Shown: positions 42,206 through 52,912, counted from the first letter of the stretch. The stretch: DNA of 64,000 nt from Methanocellales archaeon (GCA_028715985.1 JAQUQR010000001.1:267905-331904); one strand, 5' to 3'. Numbers and translations are program-made. Notes: generated by a model from the letters alone, not told the origin.

Positions 42206-42979
42206 CTATCGTTCAGTAAAAGCTTTGGTTAAACCAGCGGTTGCACCAATTTCTCCGGGTGCTACCGCTCCAGCGCCAGTTGAGATGACAATTAAATTCT
42301 TCTCCTTCGCTATCTCAGTGAGTGTCTGGAATTCCCTTAGCTTCAACGCAATGGGTCTTTTCTCGTATAAGGCTGCAGCTTCATTCATCCTCTCTGATGC
42401 TTGGAATTCAGCCTCGGCGAGGATTATTCTAGCTCTCTTCTCTCGTTCTGCCTCTGCCTGCCTTGCAATGGCTCTGAGCATGTTTTCAGGTAAAGCCACA
42501 TCCCTCATGGTGACCACAACGACCTGCATCCCCCAAGGGTCTGTTGCAGCGTCCAGAATTTCCTGGACTTTCTGATTGAGTTTATCCCTCTCGGAAAGGA
42601 TAGTATCAAGCTCGTTCTGACCCAAAACATCCCTGAGCGTTGTCTGGGCAAGGAGCGAAGTTGCAGCCTCATAATCTTCCACTTCCACTATCGCTTTACA
42701 TGAATCCCTAACCTTATAATAAATAACGGCATCCACATCAAGGCTAACATTGTCGCGACTTATGATGGTCTGCCTGGGCACGTCGAGTTCCCTTACCCGC
42801 AAGTCAACTTTCACAAGTCTGTCTACAAAAGGAATTATCACAAATATTCCTGGTCCTTTTTCGCCTAACAATTTCCCAAATCGAAAGATTACAGCCCGCT
42901 CGTATTGCCTTACAATTTTTACTGCTAACACTAGGATAGCGACCGCCACAAACGTTCCCACTAACAAAGATATGTTCAT
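42206..42979 (-). CDS. SPFH/band-7 (stomatin-like) protein
   Basis: N-terminal TM helix followed by an SPFH core (VVVVTMRDVALPENMLRAIARQAEAEREKRARII). Confidence 0.85.
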   Translation of the reverse strand: MNISLLVGTFVAVAILVLAVKIVRQYERAVIFRFGKLLGEKGPGIFVIIPFVDRLVKVDLRVRELDVPRQTIISRDNVSLDVDAVIYYKVRDSCKAIVEVEDYEAATSLLAQTTLRDVLGQNELDTILSERDKLNQKVQEILDAATDPWGMQVVVVTMRDVALPENMLRAIARQAEAEREKRARIILAEAEFQASERMNEAAALYEKRPIALKLREFQTLTEIAKEKNLIVISTGAGAVAPGEIGATAGLTKAFTER

Positions 42980-42980
42980 T

Positions 42981-43748
42981 TCAAACTCTCACTTCTAAAA
43001 TCTTATTGGTAAGCTCTTCAATCTCTCTTAGGTCCACCTTAATTTCTTCGCCAGCCAAACAAGCCTTAAACAAATCCTTGTTCGCTGGGATAATCCCTGC
43101 AACGTTGACTTTGCTCCTGTTCAGTGACTTGAGCATCATATCCCTGCTATCTTCATCAACCTTGTTGAGAACAAAATAGATCATCTTTCCGATGCCCTTT
43201 GCCATCTCTTCAATCTTTTTAGCGAGTTTCAGCGATTCGTAGGATGGTTCAACGACTGCGAGGATGACATCACATCCCTGTTCAACTCCTCTGCCGAAAT
43301 GCTCGATTCCAGCATCGGTATCAACGATTACTACCTCTTTATCTGTTACATCCAAATTGTCGAGCAGACTTTTTGCAAGAGCGCCCATTGGACAAGCACA
43401 GCCCTCTCTAAACTCGTGGATTTTTCCAATGGCAAGAAGTTTTATTCCATTCTTTTCAACTATGTATTCCCGTGGTAGATCACTGATCCCCCATCTTTTA
43501 TCAAAGATACTAATCGATTCTCCTTTTTTAAAGAGCTCCATCATCCTCTTGCCTAGCTCCTTCTTTCCGCCAAAGAAGTTCATAAAGTCATCCGGTAGTT
43601 CCATGCCTAATTGACAATGCAATCCATAGTTCGATTCGTCGCTGTCAATTACAAGGATATTAAATCCCTTCTCTGCAATTGATTTCGCAAGCAACGACGA
43701 TATTGTGCTCTTTCCACTACCTCCTTTACCGCATATCAGTACCTTCAT
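42981..43748 (-). CDS. CooC-type MinD-family ATPase (putative Ni-insertion maturation ATPase)
   Basis: Deviant Walker A CGKGGSGKST and an EGCACPMGAL CxC metal-binding motif characteristic of CooC/AcsF. Confidence 0.65.
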   Translation of the reverse strand: MKVLICGKGGSGKSTISSLLAKSIAEKGFNILVIDSDESNYGLHCQLGMELPDDFMNFFGGKKELGKRMMELFKKGESISIFDKRWGISDLPREYIVEKNGIKLLAIGKIHEFREGCACPMGALAKSLLDNLDVTDKEVVIVDTDAGIEHFGRGVEQGCDVILAVVEPSYESLKLAKKIEEMAKGIGKMIYFVLNKVDEDSRDMMLKSLNRSKVNVAGIIPANKDLFKACLAGEEIKVDLREIEELTNKILEVRV

Positions 43749-43769
43749 TTTTTTATTATCCCCTAATTT

Positions 43770-44612
43770 TTACTCTTCATGCTCGTTCTTCTGCCACCAA
43801 ATCGTAGCGTTTTTAGATCTATGCTTAAAGCAGAGCTTTCCATCATGTTCTACCAAGGTTTTGGATAAATGCTCTCTCAAAACCTCCTCCTTTTCTGGTG
43901 GTATATCACGCATTTCTTTCCATTTGGTCACCGCATCAGTCAGGCTCTCGTAGTGCTGTTCAAACTCTATGTCTCTGATGTCAACATTCGCATAGATTTT
44001 CATGTCGTGCAGAAGGTTGCAAAAGAAAATATAATCCGGCGGCTCCCATGCTCGATGTTCTTCGCCATAAATCGCTTTCCAGAGTTTGCCTTCTTCCCCG
44101 TCGCCCCTCCATCTGCCAGCATGTGTAATGATATAAACATACTTTTTAGATACAGCATCCATCTTTGCTATTGCTTCCTGTATATCATACATGCCAAGCG
44201 AGCGACAAGCAATCACGACATCGTGTTGCTCTATATCCACGCCCAGCTCGATGTCTTCCCATCTTTTGTTTATGCACACGATGTTTGTTGTGGCCTCTTT
44301 TTTTATGTTCTCCTGTAAGCATGTCAGCATGCCTTCGGATTGGTCTATCGCAGTCACATTCTTTACGCGCTTTGCGATGGGAATGGCAAGTCTTCCGGTG
44401 CCGGCACCCACGTCCAGAACCGTGTATTCTGGCTTCAATTTGAGGTTTGCTATCTGTTTTTCAGCACGCTCGCGGTTCTGCATCATGAATCCATTGAATT
44501 GTTTTGCCCGTTTATCCCATATGCTGCCGGGGTCCTCTCCGTGAGCCCTTCCCCGAGGATGACCTGCCCTTATCGATCTCCACAACTCATTCCAATTTAT
44601 TATTCCTGTCAT
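43770..44612 (-). CDS. class I SAM-dependent methyltransferase
   Basis: Motif I VLDVGAGTGRLAIPIA. Confidence 0.8.
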   Translation of the reverse strand: MTGIINWNELWRSIRAGHPRGRAHGEDPGSIWDKRAKQFNGFMMQNRERAEKQIANLKLKPEYTVLDVGAGTGRLAIPIAKRVKNVTAIDQSEGMLTCLQENIKKEATTNIVCINKRWEDIELGVDIEQHDVVIACRSLGMYDIQEAIAKMDAVSKKYVYIITHAGRWRGDGEEGKLWKAIYGEEHRAWEPPDYIFFCNLLHDMKIYANVDIRDIEFEQHYESLTDAVTKWKEMRDIPPEKEEVLREHLSKTLVEHDGKLCFKHRSKNATIWWQKNEHEE

Positions 44613-44703
44613 GTTCGTCGTTCCTTTGTTCCTATCATTTCATAAATAGTCGGAAGGGGGATACAAGACCCTCCTCTAACGTCTCATCTCACGGTTTAGG
44701 AGT

Positions 44704-45987
44704 TTATTGCGTATCTAAGTATTCACGTGGCCAGATCAAATAATCGGCATAATCTGTGAAGACACCGTCAACTCCAAGAAATGCCTCAAATATTTCGTTA
44801 CCCTCTTTCTCCAAATCCAAATCCTTGAATTCATCTGGATGGAGCAATTTAGCCATATACATCATGTTAAAAAGGTTTCTGTCCGGAGGCTGGCCTCTGC
44901 AATGGGGATAAAAGCAATTGTAGACGGTATCGTTCTGTATGGCGGATATTGATTGTAAAAATGCGGCGTTTCGTATATTATCAATATCGTCCACAGCATC
45001 TGGATCGCTGCAAGAAATGAAAATATACTCTGGATTCCATGTGATGATCTGCTCTATTCCAACATTGATTGTGGCGCCTGGCTCATCTTTTGCTACATTT
45101 ATTCCACCGGCTATGTCCAAAGGCGGGTATTTAGGTTCGGTGCGTGTGAAATCACGTCCTTCCTTTGGATCGTAGAAACCCTTGCCAGCGCCGCGGGGTG
45201 CGAAGTACACCGTTGGCTTTTCGCTCTCATTTAAAGTTTCTGTAACTGATCTCACCATATTGACTTTAGATTCAATGAAATCGATCAGCTCTTGTGCATC
45301 ATCCTCCTTATCTAACGCCTTCCCCACGACTTCGATCTGCCCATATACACCGTCTTTATAGTCAAATACCCACCCGCTACCCTCAGCAACTACACAAGGG
45401 ACGCCTACTTTGGTTTCAAAGTCTGCGGCATTTGTAATACTTGATGTAAAGATCACATCTGGACGAAGCGAAGCCATCAGCTCGTAATATATGTCATACC
45501 TCGTGCTCGTCTCGGGAAGGTCAGGCATTCTTCCATCGAGTATGGTATAATAGCAATCCAGACATCCTTCTCCAAACGTTTCGAAAGTCGTAGGGCAAAG
45601 ACACGACTTAGTTGCCTGCTCTGATGCTACGAGTTTATCGCCTGCACCAACAGCAATGACTGATCTGGCGGTGTCTGGTTCTCTGGTAATCACCCGTTCA
45701 ACTGGTCTACAAAAAGTCACTTCGCGCCCTGCAGTATCTACAATCTTTTTCGGCTCTCCGCCCCAGTACGCATATACCCACGCAGCATCTCCAATCTCAT
45801 CTAATGAGTGCTCTCCTTCATCAAGCATGTATGGGAGGATTGCGTTCACAAGCTCCTCCTTTGTTAATATATTATCCCCGTCATCACATGGTATTTTCAT
45901 TTCGTATGCAGCCGCAGGCGTGACTGCCAGCGGCATCGCGGATGAAAGGAGCAATATTACCAATACAAGGGATAACATCCTTCTCAT
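44704..45987 (-). CDS. ABC transporter substrate-binding protein (iron-siderophore/cobalamin class) with a signal peptide
   Basis: N-terminal signal peptide and a class III SBP core. Linked to the FecCD and ATPase genes nearby. Confidence 0.65.
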   Translation of the reverse strand: MRRMLSLVLVILLLSSAMPLAVTPAAAYEMKIPCDDGDNILTKEELVNAILPYMLDEGEHSLDEIGDAAWVYAYWGGEPKKIVDTAGREVTFCRPVERVITREPDTARSVIAVGAGDKLVASEQATKSCLCPTTFETFGEGCLDCYYTILDGRMPDLPETSTRYDIYYELMASLRPDVIFTSSITNAADFETKVGVPCVVAEGSGWVFDYKDGVYGQIEVVGKALDKEDDAQELIDFIESKVNMVRSVTETLNESEKPTVYFAPRGAGKGFYDPKEGRDFTRTEPKYPPLDIAGGINVAKDEPGATINVGIEQIITWNPEYIFISCSDPDAVDDIDNIRNAAFLQSISAIQNDTVYNCFYPHCRGQPPDRNLFNMMYMAKLLHPDEFKDLDLEKEGNEIFEAFLGVDGVFTDYADYLIWPREYLDTQ

Positions 45988-46117
45988 TCTGCGTCACCTC
46001 TTATTTTTTTTTACTCCGCAGGGATGATCTTCAACTTTAATCTCGCCATGGTACTCTTTTATCTCTGGCGTGCACTCCTTTGGGGCGTGTTCATAATCCT
46101 TCGAGTATTCCTCTTGT

Positions 46118-46750
46118 TTACACATCTTTCGTGTTTCCCCCTCCTCTCTTTCTACAAACAACCAAACACGCTATTGCCAATGATGCCACTGCGAAAATCG
46201 CATCGAAGCCCGGCACATCAGATGTAGATATTGGCGTTGGACTTGGTATTGGCGGAGTTGTAGGTGTAGTGGCTGCTACTGGCTTTGGAGTTGCTAGTGT
46301 GGGCGTAGGTGTTGCTACCGTAGGTGTTGCCGACTTCACTACCACCATAGCATCTGCTATCGTCTCCCATCTTTCTTTACCCTCTTCTAGTTCTGGACTT
46401 AGCACTAGCAGGTCTACCCACTTACCGGTGAACGTGCCTTCGCCTGAAGAAGGTGCCTTCACCTTATATGTGATCTCCGTCTCGTTTATCACCGCAAATG
46501 CAATCTTCTGCCCTGAAATGCTGACCTGATTTGAGGGGTGCATCGTGCTGACATAGGAGAATCCTTCTGGAAGAGTTTCCACGATGCCGCCGATATTAAG
46601 ATCAGATATGGTCAGCATAACATTGAACTCTGAATTTGGAGACGGAGATGTCGTTGAAAAACTTCTGGTAACGTTTATTTCCTCCGCCATTACTGGTGTT
46701 GCCCATAAGAAAAGACAAGCGGACACTAGCAAGAGCGCTACCACCTTCAT
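46118..46750 (-). CDS. PGF-CTERM surface protein (predicted archaeosortase A substrate)
   Basis: Signal peptide, a Thr/Pro-rich linker, and a C-terminal PGFDAIFAVASLAIACLVVCRKRGG, which is PGF followed by a TM helix and a basic tail. Start trimmed to Met11. Confidence 0.7.
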   Translation of the reverse strand: MKVVALLLVSACLFLWATPVMAEEINVTRSFSTTSPSPNSEFNVMLTISDLNIGGIVETLPEGFSYVSTMHPSNQVSISGQKIAFAVINETEITYKVKAPSSGEGTFTGKWVDLLVLSPELEEGKERWETIADAMVVVKSATPTVATPTPTLATPKPVAATTPTTPPIPSPTPISTSDVPGFDAIFAVASLAIACLVVCRKRGGGNTKDV

Positions 46751-46886
46751 TTTCACCTTTTTGCTACCTCCATCTGGCATTAATCTCCTTTACTACCATA
46801 GGTATGCTCCCTCATGTAATAAATATGTTTTGGTTAGTAATATTCTAAACATACAAAAAATATTATTAGTAATAACACTTTTCAGT

Positions 46887-46986
46887 TTTCAGGAATTTTA
46901 ACATAAAAATGAATATTGTTAAAACCTAGTGTTATCTTTAGGAAAAAATTTATTACCAATGGCGACAATTAACTCGTTGAGAGTTA
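46887..46986 (+). promoter_or_regulatory. two inverted repeats upstream of cbiM: TTTTAACA-N13-TGTTAAAA (46887-46915) and TTAACTC-gttga-GAGTTAA (46968-46986)
   Basis: Perfect palindromes in the divergent promoter region between the PGF-CTERM gene and cbiM. Confidence 0.35.
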
Positions 46987-47034
46987 AATGATCATGAATT
47001 TATCATCACTACGCTCGTTAACTCTCCATGAAAT

Positions 47035-47700
47035 GTGAAAAAAGTTATCAATAAGGTGATAAAATTGCACATACCAGACGGATTTTTAAGCACGCCGATA
47101 TGGGTGTCTATGTGGGTCATAGCTATATTGATCGTTGGTTACGCTGTCAGGAGAACAAATGAAAAGCTCGGCGAAAGGCACGTGCCCATGATGGGCGTTC
47201 TGGCCGCATTCATATTTGCAGCGCAGATGCTGAACACGCCAGTTGCAGGTGGCACATCAGGACACATGCTCGGCGGCGTTCTATCAGCCATATTCCTTGG
47301 GCCTTTTGCTGCTACGATAGTCATGTCAACCGTTTTTGCCGTCCAAGCCATATTCTTTCAGGACGGAGGAATCACCGCCTTGGGAGCGAACATAATCAAC
47401 ATGGGATTGATAGGGACAATTGTGGGATATTACATGTATCGAGGAATACAAAAGGCAGTTGGGGGTGAAAAAGGGATTTTGATCGGTGCAGGGGTGGCTG
47501 CATGGATAGCTTTGGTGCTTGGAGCAATATCTTGTGCGCTAATGCTTTGGTCCTCTGGAGTTGTTCCTTTAGGAGTTGCATTGCCAGCGATGGCTGGTAT
47601 ACATATGTTTATCGGACTCATCGAGGCGGGCATCACGGTAGTAGTCGTGGGAATGGTGTTAAAGTCTAGGCCAGATTTACTGGAATTGCAAAAAATATAG
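47035..47700 (+). CDS. cbiM: ECF transporter S component CbiM (cobalt/nickel)
   Basis: An N-terminal HIPDGFL motif is the hallmark of CbiM/NikM. Confidence 0.9.
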   Translation: MKKVINKVIKLHIPDGFLSTPIWVSMWVIAILIVGYAVRRTNEKLGERHVPMMGVLAAFIFAAQMLNTPVAGGTSGHMLGGVLSAIFLGPFAATIVMSTVFAVQAIFFQDGGITALGANIINMGLIGTIVGYYMYRGIQKAVGGEKGILIGAGVAAWIALVLGAISCALMLWSSGVVPLGVALPAMAGIHMFIGLIEAGITVVVVGMVLKSRPDLLELQKI

Positions 47701-47727
47701 GTAATATAATATATAGGGGTGATATAA

Positions 47728-48036
47728 ATGATGAATATGAAATGGTGGCATATTGGTCTTATCGTAGCGTTGGTTCTTGCTGGGGGAGTCTCTCTATTTG
47801 CTTCCTCGTCCCCGGATGGTTTGGAGAGAGTTGCAATAGACCATGACTTCATAGAACTGGGTGAAGGGCATGAAGTGATGCATTCACCGATGCCTGATTA
47901 TGTCATGCCAGGCATAAGTAATGAAACCTTGGCAGCCTCGCTTGCAGGCTTGATAGGGACCCTGATGATGTTTGGACTCGTATATGGACTGGGAAAAGTG
48001 TTGAAGGGGAGTTCCGAGGGGAGTTCAGAGAAGTAA
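47728..48036 (+). CDS. PDGLE-domain small membrane protein (CbiN-like)
   Basis: Signal or TM segment followed by SSPDGLERVA. Confidence 0.6.
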   Translation: MMNMKWWHIGLIVALVLAGGVSLFASSSPDGLERVAIDHDFIELGEGHEVMHSPMPDYVMPGISNETLAASLAGLIGTLMMFGLVYGLGKVLKGSSEGSSEK

Positions 48037-48284
48037 ACTCCCCTCTTAACACTTTTTTCCCTCTTATCACTTTTTTCTGTGTTTTTTTACCAAGGTGATT
48101 GGTTGGGCGAAAATCTGATGAAGGTTTAGTTATTTTTAGCTACAAAAAGTATAACATGGTGGAGACAAAAATTAAAGTTTTTGTTGGGGCGCTGGAGAGC
48201 AGGTGCATGAAAAAAGTTATCGAAATGCCGAAAAGATGCCACGAGAACTTTAGGGCAAGGGTAGAAACAAAAGGGTGTTGAAAG

Positions 48285-49052
48285 ATGAAACACGACTTCC
48301 TAGACAAGTATGCTGAGCTTGATAGCGTAATACATCGCTTAGATCCACGTATAAAGATAATCTCCTTCTTTTCTTTCATATTCTTAGTGATATCCACCCA
48401 GCCAACCAAATTCTTAAATTTTGTGTTGTATTTCTTGTTGATATTTGGCGTCATTCTGGTCTCGAAAGTTCCGCTGAGGTTTGTATTTAAAAGATCACTG
48501 GTTATAATCCCATTTGTTTTGCTTATAGCGATTTTCATTCCATTCCTCAAGGAGGGGGAGATCGCAGGTTCATACAACTTTGCATCTCTGCATTTGACCG
48601 TAACTTATGATGGACTAATAATTCTGTTCAACGTGCTATCAAAATCATGGCTATCGGTATTAAGTATGCTCGCTCTTGCATCCACGACGAAGTTCCCAGA
48701 GCTCTTAAAGGGCTTTGAAAAGCTTGGTCTGCCAAGAGTGATGGTGATGATACTCTCCTTCATGTACCGCTACGTTTTCGTTCTGGGGGATGAGTTGATG
48801 CGGATGAAATGTGCTAGAGATGCGAGAAGTTTCGGTGGAAACAGCAAATGGCATATAAAAACGATCGGAAACATAATTGGAATGTTGTTCATCAGAACCT
48901 ATGAAAGAGGTGAGCGAGTTTATATTGCGATGGTTTCAAGGGGCTTCAGTGGTAAGATAAAAATATTGGATGATCTGCACGTGAAAAGACTTGACCTCTG
49001 TTTCATGGTCTTCTTCCTTGCATTCCTCACGGTTATTTGGGCGGTGTTATAA
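48285..49052 (+). CDS. cbiQ: ECF transporter T component CbiQ
   Basis: EcfT-like membrane protein with a C-terminal ARxxRG motif region. Confidence 0.8.
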   Translation: MKHDFLDKYAELDSVIHRLDPRIKIISFFSFIFLVISTQPTKFLNFVLYFLLIFGVILVSKVPLRFVFKRSLVIIPFVLLIAIFIPFLKEGEIAGSYNFASLHLTVTYDGLIILFNVLSKSWLSVLSMLALASTTKFPELLKGFEKLGLPRVMVMILSFMYRYVFVLGDELMRMKCARDARSFGGNSKWHIKTIGNIIGMLFIRTYERGERVYIAMVSRGFSGKIKILDDLHVKRLDLCFMVFFLAFLTVIWAVL

Positions 49053-49859
49053 TTGGCGAAAAAAGTGGTTGAGATAAAAGGATTGGAATATGCGTATCCG
49101 GATGGCATTAGGGCGCTGAAGGGGATTAGCTTAGACATTTTTGAGGGAGAATCTATTGCACTAATAGGGCTTAATGGGGCTGGAAAGTCAACGCTGCTAT
49201 TGCATTTGAACGGCATTCTTCAAAGCGATATAGGCACTGTCGAAGTTTTGGGGATGAAGGTGAATGGGAATATCCAGGAGATTAGGAGCAAAGTCGGCCT
49301 GGTCTTTCAAGACCCAGATGACCAACTTTTCATGCCAACTGTATTTGATGATGTTGCATTTGGGCCAATAAACATGGGTTTTTCTGAGGAGAAGGTAAAA
49401 GAAAAAGTCAGGATGGCGTTAGAACTGGTGAACATGTCAGGCTGTGAGGCAAGGGGCCCCCATCACATGAGTTTTGGTGAAAAGAAAAGAATTGCCATTG
49501 CCACTGTTTTGTCGATGGAGCCGGAAATACTGGTATTGGATGAGCCGACTAGTAACGTTGACCCAAATGCACGAAAGCATCTGATAGAACTTCTGAATGA
49601 ACTCGACATAACCAAAATAATGGCAACCCATGACATAGAGATGGTCTCAGATACCTGTGACAGAGCTATCGTGATGTCCGAAGGAAAAATAGCTGCGAAT
49701 GGGGCTGTAAGGGAGGTGTTAACCAACTCCGAACTCCTGGAATCGCAGGGATTGGAGGCCCCAATATTGGTTAAACTTTTCAGAGATGTTCTGCATAGGG
49801 AAAATATTCCCATAAGGCTGAATGATGTGATAGAAAAGCCAAATATGTATAAAATCTAA
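49053..49859 (+). CDS. cbiO: ECF transporter ATPase CbiO
   Basis: Walker A GLNGAGKST, signature MSFGEKKR and Walker B LVLDEPTS. Confidence 0.9.
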   Translation: MAKKVVEIKGLEYAYPDGIRALKGISLDIFEGESIALIGLNGAGKSTLLLHLNGILQSDIGTVEVLGMKVNGNIQEIRSKVGLVFQDPDDQLFMPTVFDDVAFGPINMGFSEEKVKEKVRMALELVNMSGCEARGPHHMSFGEKKRIAIATVLSMEPEILVLDEPTSNVDPNARKHLIELLNELDITKIMATHDIEMVSDTCDRAIVMSEGKIAANGAVREVLTNSELLESQGLEAPILVKLFRDVLHRENIPIRLNDVIEKPNMYKI

Positions 49860-49869
49860 CTATTAACCT

Positions 49870-51090
49870 GTGAACGAACGAACAAAAGAATTTATCCGGG
49901 ACCGATTTAGGAAATATTACCACTCCACATCCATCCAGCTTCCATCTAGGTTTGAGCAGCGAGAGTGGGGGTTCATATTCTTCGATGAGTCTTTTCCAGA
50001 CATCGTGATGAGGAGACACAAGTCATTTATGACCGCGTGGGAGGCGATCGATTATCTCAGAACTATGGTTCCAGCTCATGCATTTCATTCGGCAGCATAT
50101 TATATGTCTCCTGGCGCTCCTAGCATGGAGGAAAAGGGATGGCAAGGTGCAGACTTGATTTTCGATATAGATGCAGATCATCTTCCTATAAAATGGACGA
50201 CCTACGGGGAAATGCTTCAGAGAACGAAAGAAGAGCTACTCAAGCTCCTAGGTTTTCTTAGAGAGGACTTTGCGATCGCTGAGGATGACATTGAGATAGT
50301 GTTTTCGGGTGGGAGGGGTTACCATATCCATGTGCGGGATTCAAGGTTGATAGGGTTAGGGAGTCCAGAGCGCAGGGAAATTGTGGACTACGTTAAAGGT
50401 CCGGACATGGGTCAATTTTTTGAGAAGAAAAAAGGAAGCGAAGAAGGGGCAAACGGTCGCAAGAAGGCTTACAAACGCTTTGAGGTAAAATATGGGGGAG
50501 GGGGTTGGGACGGAAGGATTAACAAATCAATTGTTGGTTTTGTGGATGCTATAAGGCAGATGCCTAAAGATAAAGCGCTGGAGTTTTTGATGAGCTACGA
50601 GAGCTTTAAAAAAAGAAGAAGTGCGGAAGAGTTTTTTGACATGTTTCAAGACGAGAGAAGAATTCAGTTGATTAAGGAAAGGGGAACTATTGACATCCTT
50701 AGGGGCTCTGAAAAATTTTGGCGGTCGTTGATCGAAGAATCCATAAAAAGGGAAAGTATAAGCATGGATATGCCTAGTATCGATATAGGTAAGGGTACTC
50801 CAGATGAACCTGTCACAGCGGATGTCAAGCGGCTGATCCGCCTACCTACCTCCATTCACGGGGGGTATGGTTTTCGAGTAACGCCACTGACGCCGGAGGA
50901 GCTGGGAGTGTTTAATCCATTAAGCGATGCCATCGTATTTGGAGACGACCTGATTAGAGTTAATGTGACCAAAAAGAGCGATGTTGAGATAAAGGATAAT
51001 AGATATGTGCTAAAAAGAGGAAAAAAAAGCCTTCCTGAGCATCTGGCAATATTTTTGATGTGTAGGGGTGCAGCAGAGTATGAACCTTGA
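49870..51090 (+). CDS. priS: DNA primase small (catalytic) subunit
   Basis: LIFDIDADHL catalytic Asp triad motif and GGRGYHIHV. Confidence 0.85.
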   Translation: MNERTKEFIRDRFRKYYHSTSIQLPSRFEQREWGFIFFDESFPDIVMRRHKSFMTAWEAIDYLRTMVPAHAFHSAAYYMSPGAPSMEEKGWQGADLIFDIDADHLPIKWTTYGEMLQRTKEELLKLLGFLREDFAIAEDDIEIVFSGGRGYHIHVRDSRLIGLGSPERREIVDYVKGPDMGQFFEKKKGSEEGANGRKKAYKRFEVKYGGGGWDGRINKSIVGFVDAIRQMPKDKALEFLMSYESFKKRRSAEEFFDMFQDERRIQLIKERGTIDILRGSEKFWRSLIEESIKRESISMDMPSIDIGKGTPDEPVTADVKRLIRLPTSIHGGYGFRVTPLTPEELGVFNPLSDAIVFGDDLIRVNVTKKSDVEIKDNRYVLKRGKKSLPEHLAIFLMCRGAAEYEP

Positions 51091-51679
51091 TGATTTACGT
51101 CTGATTCAGGTAAAAGAACGCCGGTCTGAGGGATTGCAAGAGCTCGAGCGAGATTTTTATGGACAGGTTAGGACATACATACAAGCGTTAGAGGCTGATA
51201 AACATAAGGCCCCTCAGGCGATGAAAATTGATGATGAGCTGCGGAGCGTGCGTAGCGTTATCGAGGGCATATTCAACCGACGCATTGGCAAGATCGTTAA
51301 GATGGCATCCTCTAGGGCAGGTGGGCTGCAAGAATCCCCTAAAGGTGCGACACCAGAAGAATTGGATTTATTCGAGCAATTGACCGATTTGATCTCAAGG
51401 AGTAGGACAATTATAATAGATCCCGTCATTAAGCCAAAGTTGTCCAAGAGCGAAAGTTCTTTAACACCCCAGCTCCCTACAAACGTGAAAATAAGGAAGG
51501 AGTGCAGGATGTTGAGAGTATTAGAAAATATCCCTATGTTTGTGGGTGCTGATGGTCGCAATTATCAGTTATCAAAAGAAGATTTGATCGTTTTACCAAA
51601 AGTAAATTCGAAGGTATTATGTGATCATCATGTAGCAATACCAGTTAAAATGGGGGGCAAAGAATATGAAGATGCCTAA
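51068..51679 (+). CDS. GINS subunit (Gins51/Gins15-type)
   Basis: Helical A-domain then a small beta B-domain. Operon position directly after priS, as in other archaea. Confidence 0.5.
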   Translation: MQQSMNLDDLRLIQVKERRSEGLQELERDFYGQVRTYIQALEADKHKAPQAMKIDDELRSVRSVIEGIFNRRIGKIVKMASSRAGGLQESPKGATPEELDLFEQLTDLISRSRTIIIDPVIKPKLSKSESSLTPQLPTNVKIRKECRMLRVLENIPMFVGADGRNYQLSKEDLIVLPKVNSKVLCDHHVAIPVKMGGKEYEDA

Positions 51680-51944
51680 GGATTTGAGGACACATTGTCC
51701 TTATTGCAATAAGCATACCATGCATGAGGTGGAAAGAGTCAAGAAAGGGAGAATTTCGACGTTAACTTGGATTACGCGGCAGAAGAAAAGGGCAAAAGGC
51801 ATAGGTAATCTGGGGAAGTTTTCCAAGGTTCCCGGTGGAGATAAACCTACGAAAAGGGTAGCATTAAGGTATCGATGCACTGAGTGCAAGAAAGCACATC
51901 AGAGGCCTTGTTTTAGAGCCTCAAGATTTGAGTTGGTGGAATGA
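51666..51944 (+). CDS. rpl44e: ribosomal protein L44e
   Basis: CPYCNKHT...CTECKKAH zinc ribbon in a basic protein of about 92 aa. Confidence 0.9.
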   Translation: MKMPKDLRTHCPYCNKHTMHEVERVKKGRISTLTWITRQKKRAKGIGNLGKFSKVPGGDKPTKRVALRYRCTECKKAHQRPCFRASRFELVE

Positions 51945-52120
51945 ATATGAATATGGACTCAAAATTTGTTAGGGTGAAATGTGATGATTGTGAGAATGAG
52001 CAAGTGGTCTTTAACAAGGCCAGTTCTATCGTAAAATGTCTAGTTTGTGGTCGCACACTTGCAGAGCCAAGAGGTGGTAAGGCGGAAATTAAAACGCAGG
52101 TATTGGAAGTTTTAGGGTGA
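51941..52120 (+). CDS. rps27e: ribosomal protein S27e (59 aa; absent from the ORF track)
   Basis: Translation reads [59 protein letters not shown] with a C4 zinc finger. Overlaps the L44e stop. Confidence 0.85.
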   Translation: MNMNMDSKFVRVKCDDCENEQVVFNKASSIVKCLVCGRTLAEPRGGKAEIKTQVLEVLG

Positions 52121-52911
52121 TGATCATTCACAAAGAGTGGCCAGACCAGGGAGAATTGGTCGTATGCACTGTAAAAAAGGTGGTTGATTTTGGGGCATTT
52201 GTCGGTCTAGATGAATATGAGGGCAAAGAAGGATTGATTCATGTCTCAGAAGTTGCCTCTGGTTGGATAAAATATATTCGCGATCATATCAGGGAGGGGC
52301 AGAAGATCGTTTGCAAAGTTCTAAACGTAGTGCCATCTAGAGGCCATATCGATTTATCGCTGAAAGATGTGAATGAACATCAGAGAAAGGAGAAGATACA
52401 TGCATGGAAGAATGAGCAAAAAGCTGAAAAAATGTTGCATTTTGTCGCTTCAGCAGCAGGTGTAGATGTTGACCAGCTGTATGCTGAGATCGGCGATAAG
52501 TTGATAAAAAAGTTTGGCAGTCTCTACGCGGCATTTGAGGATGTAGTGGTTGGTGATTGCAGTGTGTTGACCGATATCGGGGTAAGCAAGGAATATGCCG
52601 ATATAATCGTGAGAGTTGCGAGGGAGAACGTTAAACCCCCTATAGTCGATATCGCTGGTTATGTTAGTCTCACATGCCCCCTACCTAATGGTGTTGAAGT
52701 GATCAAGGAGGCATTGGATAAAGCCTCTAAAGTTGAGATACCAGAGGTCGACATCGGAGTCAGTTACGTCGGTGCACCTCACTATCTCATTCGAATTACT
52801 GCTCCGGATTATAAGAGAGCCGAGGTCGCACTTAGAAAAGTAGCAGAAGCAGCCATTCAAATAGTGGAAAAATCGGAAGGTATTGGGAAGTTTCATAGGG
52901 AACGGGCATGA
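52117..52911 (+). CDS. eif2a: translation initiation factor 2 subunit alpha
   Basis: S1 domain ([18 protein letters not shown]) plus helical and alpha-beta domains. Confidence 0.9.
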   Translation: MMIIHKEWPDQGELVVCTVKKVVDFGAFVGLDEYEGKEGLIHVSEVASGWIKYIRDHIREGQKIVCKVLNVVPSRGHIDLSLKDVNEHQRKEKIHAWKNEQKAEKMLHFVASAAGVDVDQLYAEIGDKLIKKFGSLYAAFEDVVVGDCSVLTDIGVSKEYADIIVRVARENVKPPIVDIAGYVSLTCPLPNGVEVIKEALDKASKVEIPEVDIGVSYVGAPHYLIRITAPDYKRAEVALRKVAEAAIQIVEKSEGIGKFHRERA

Positions 52912-52912
52912 A

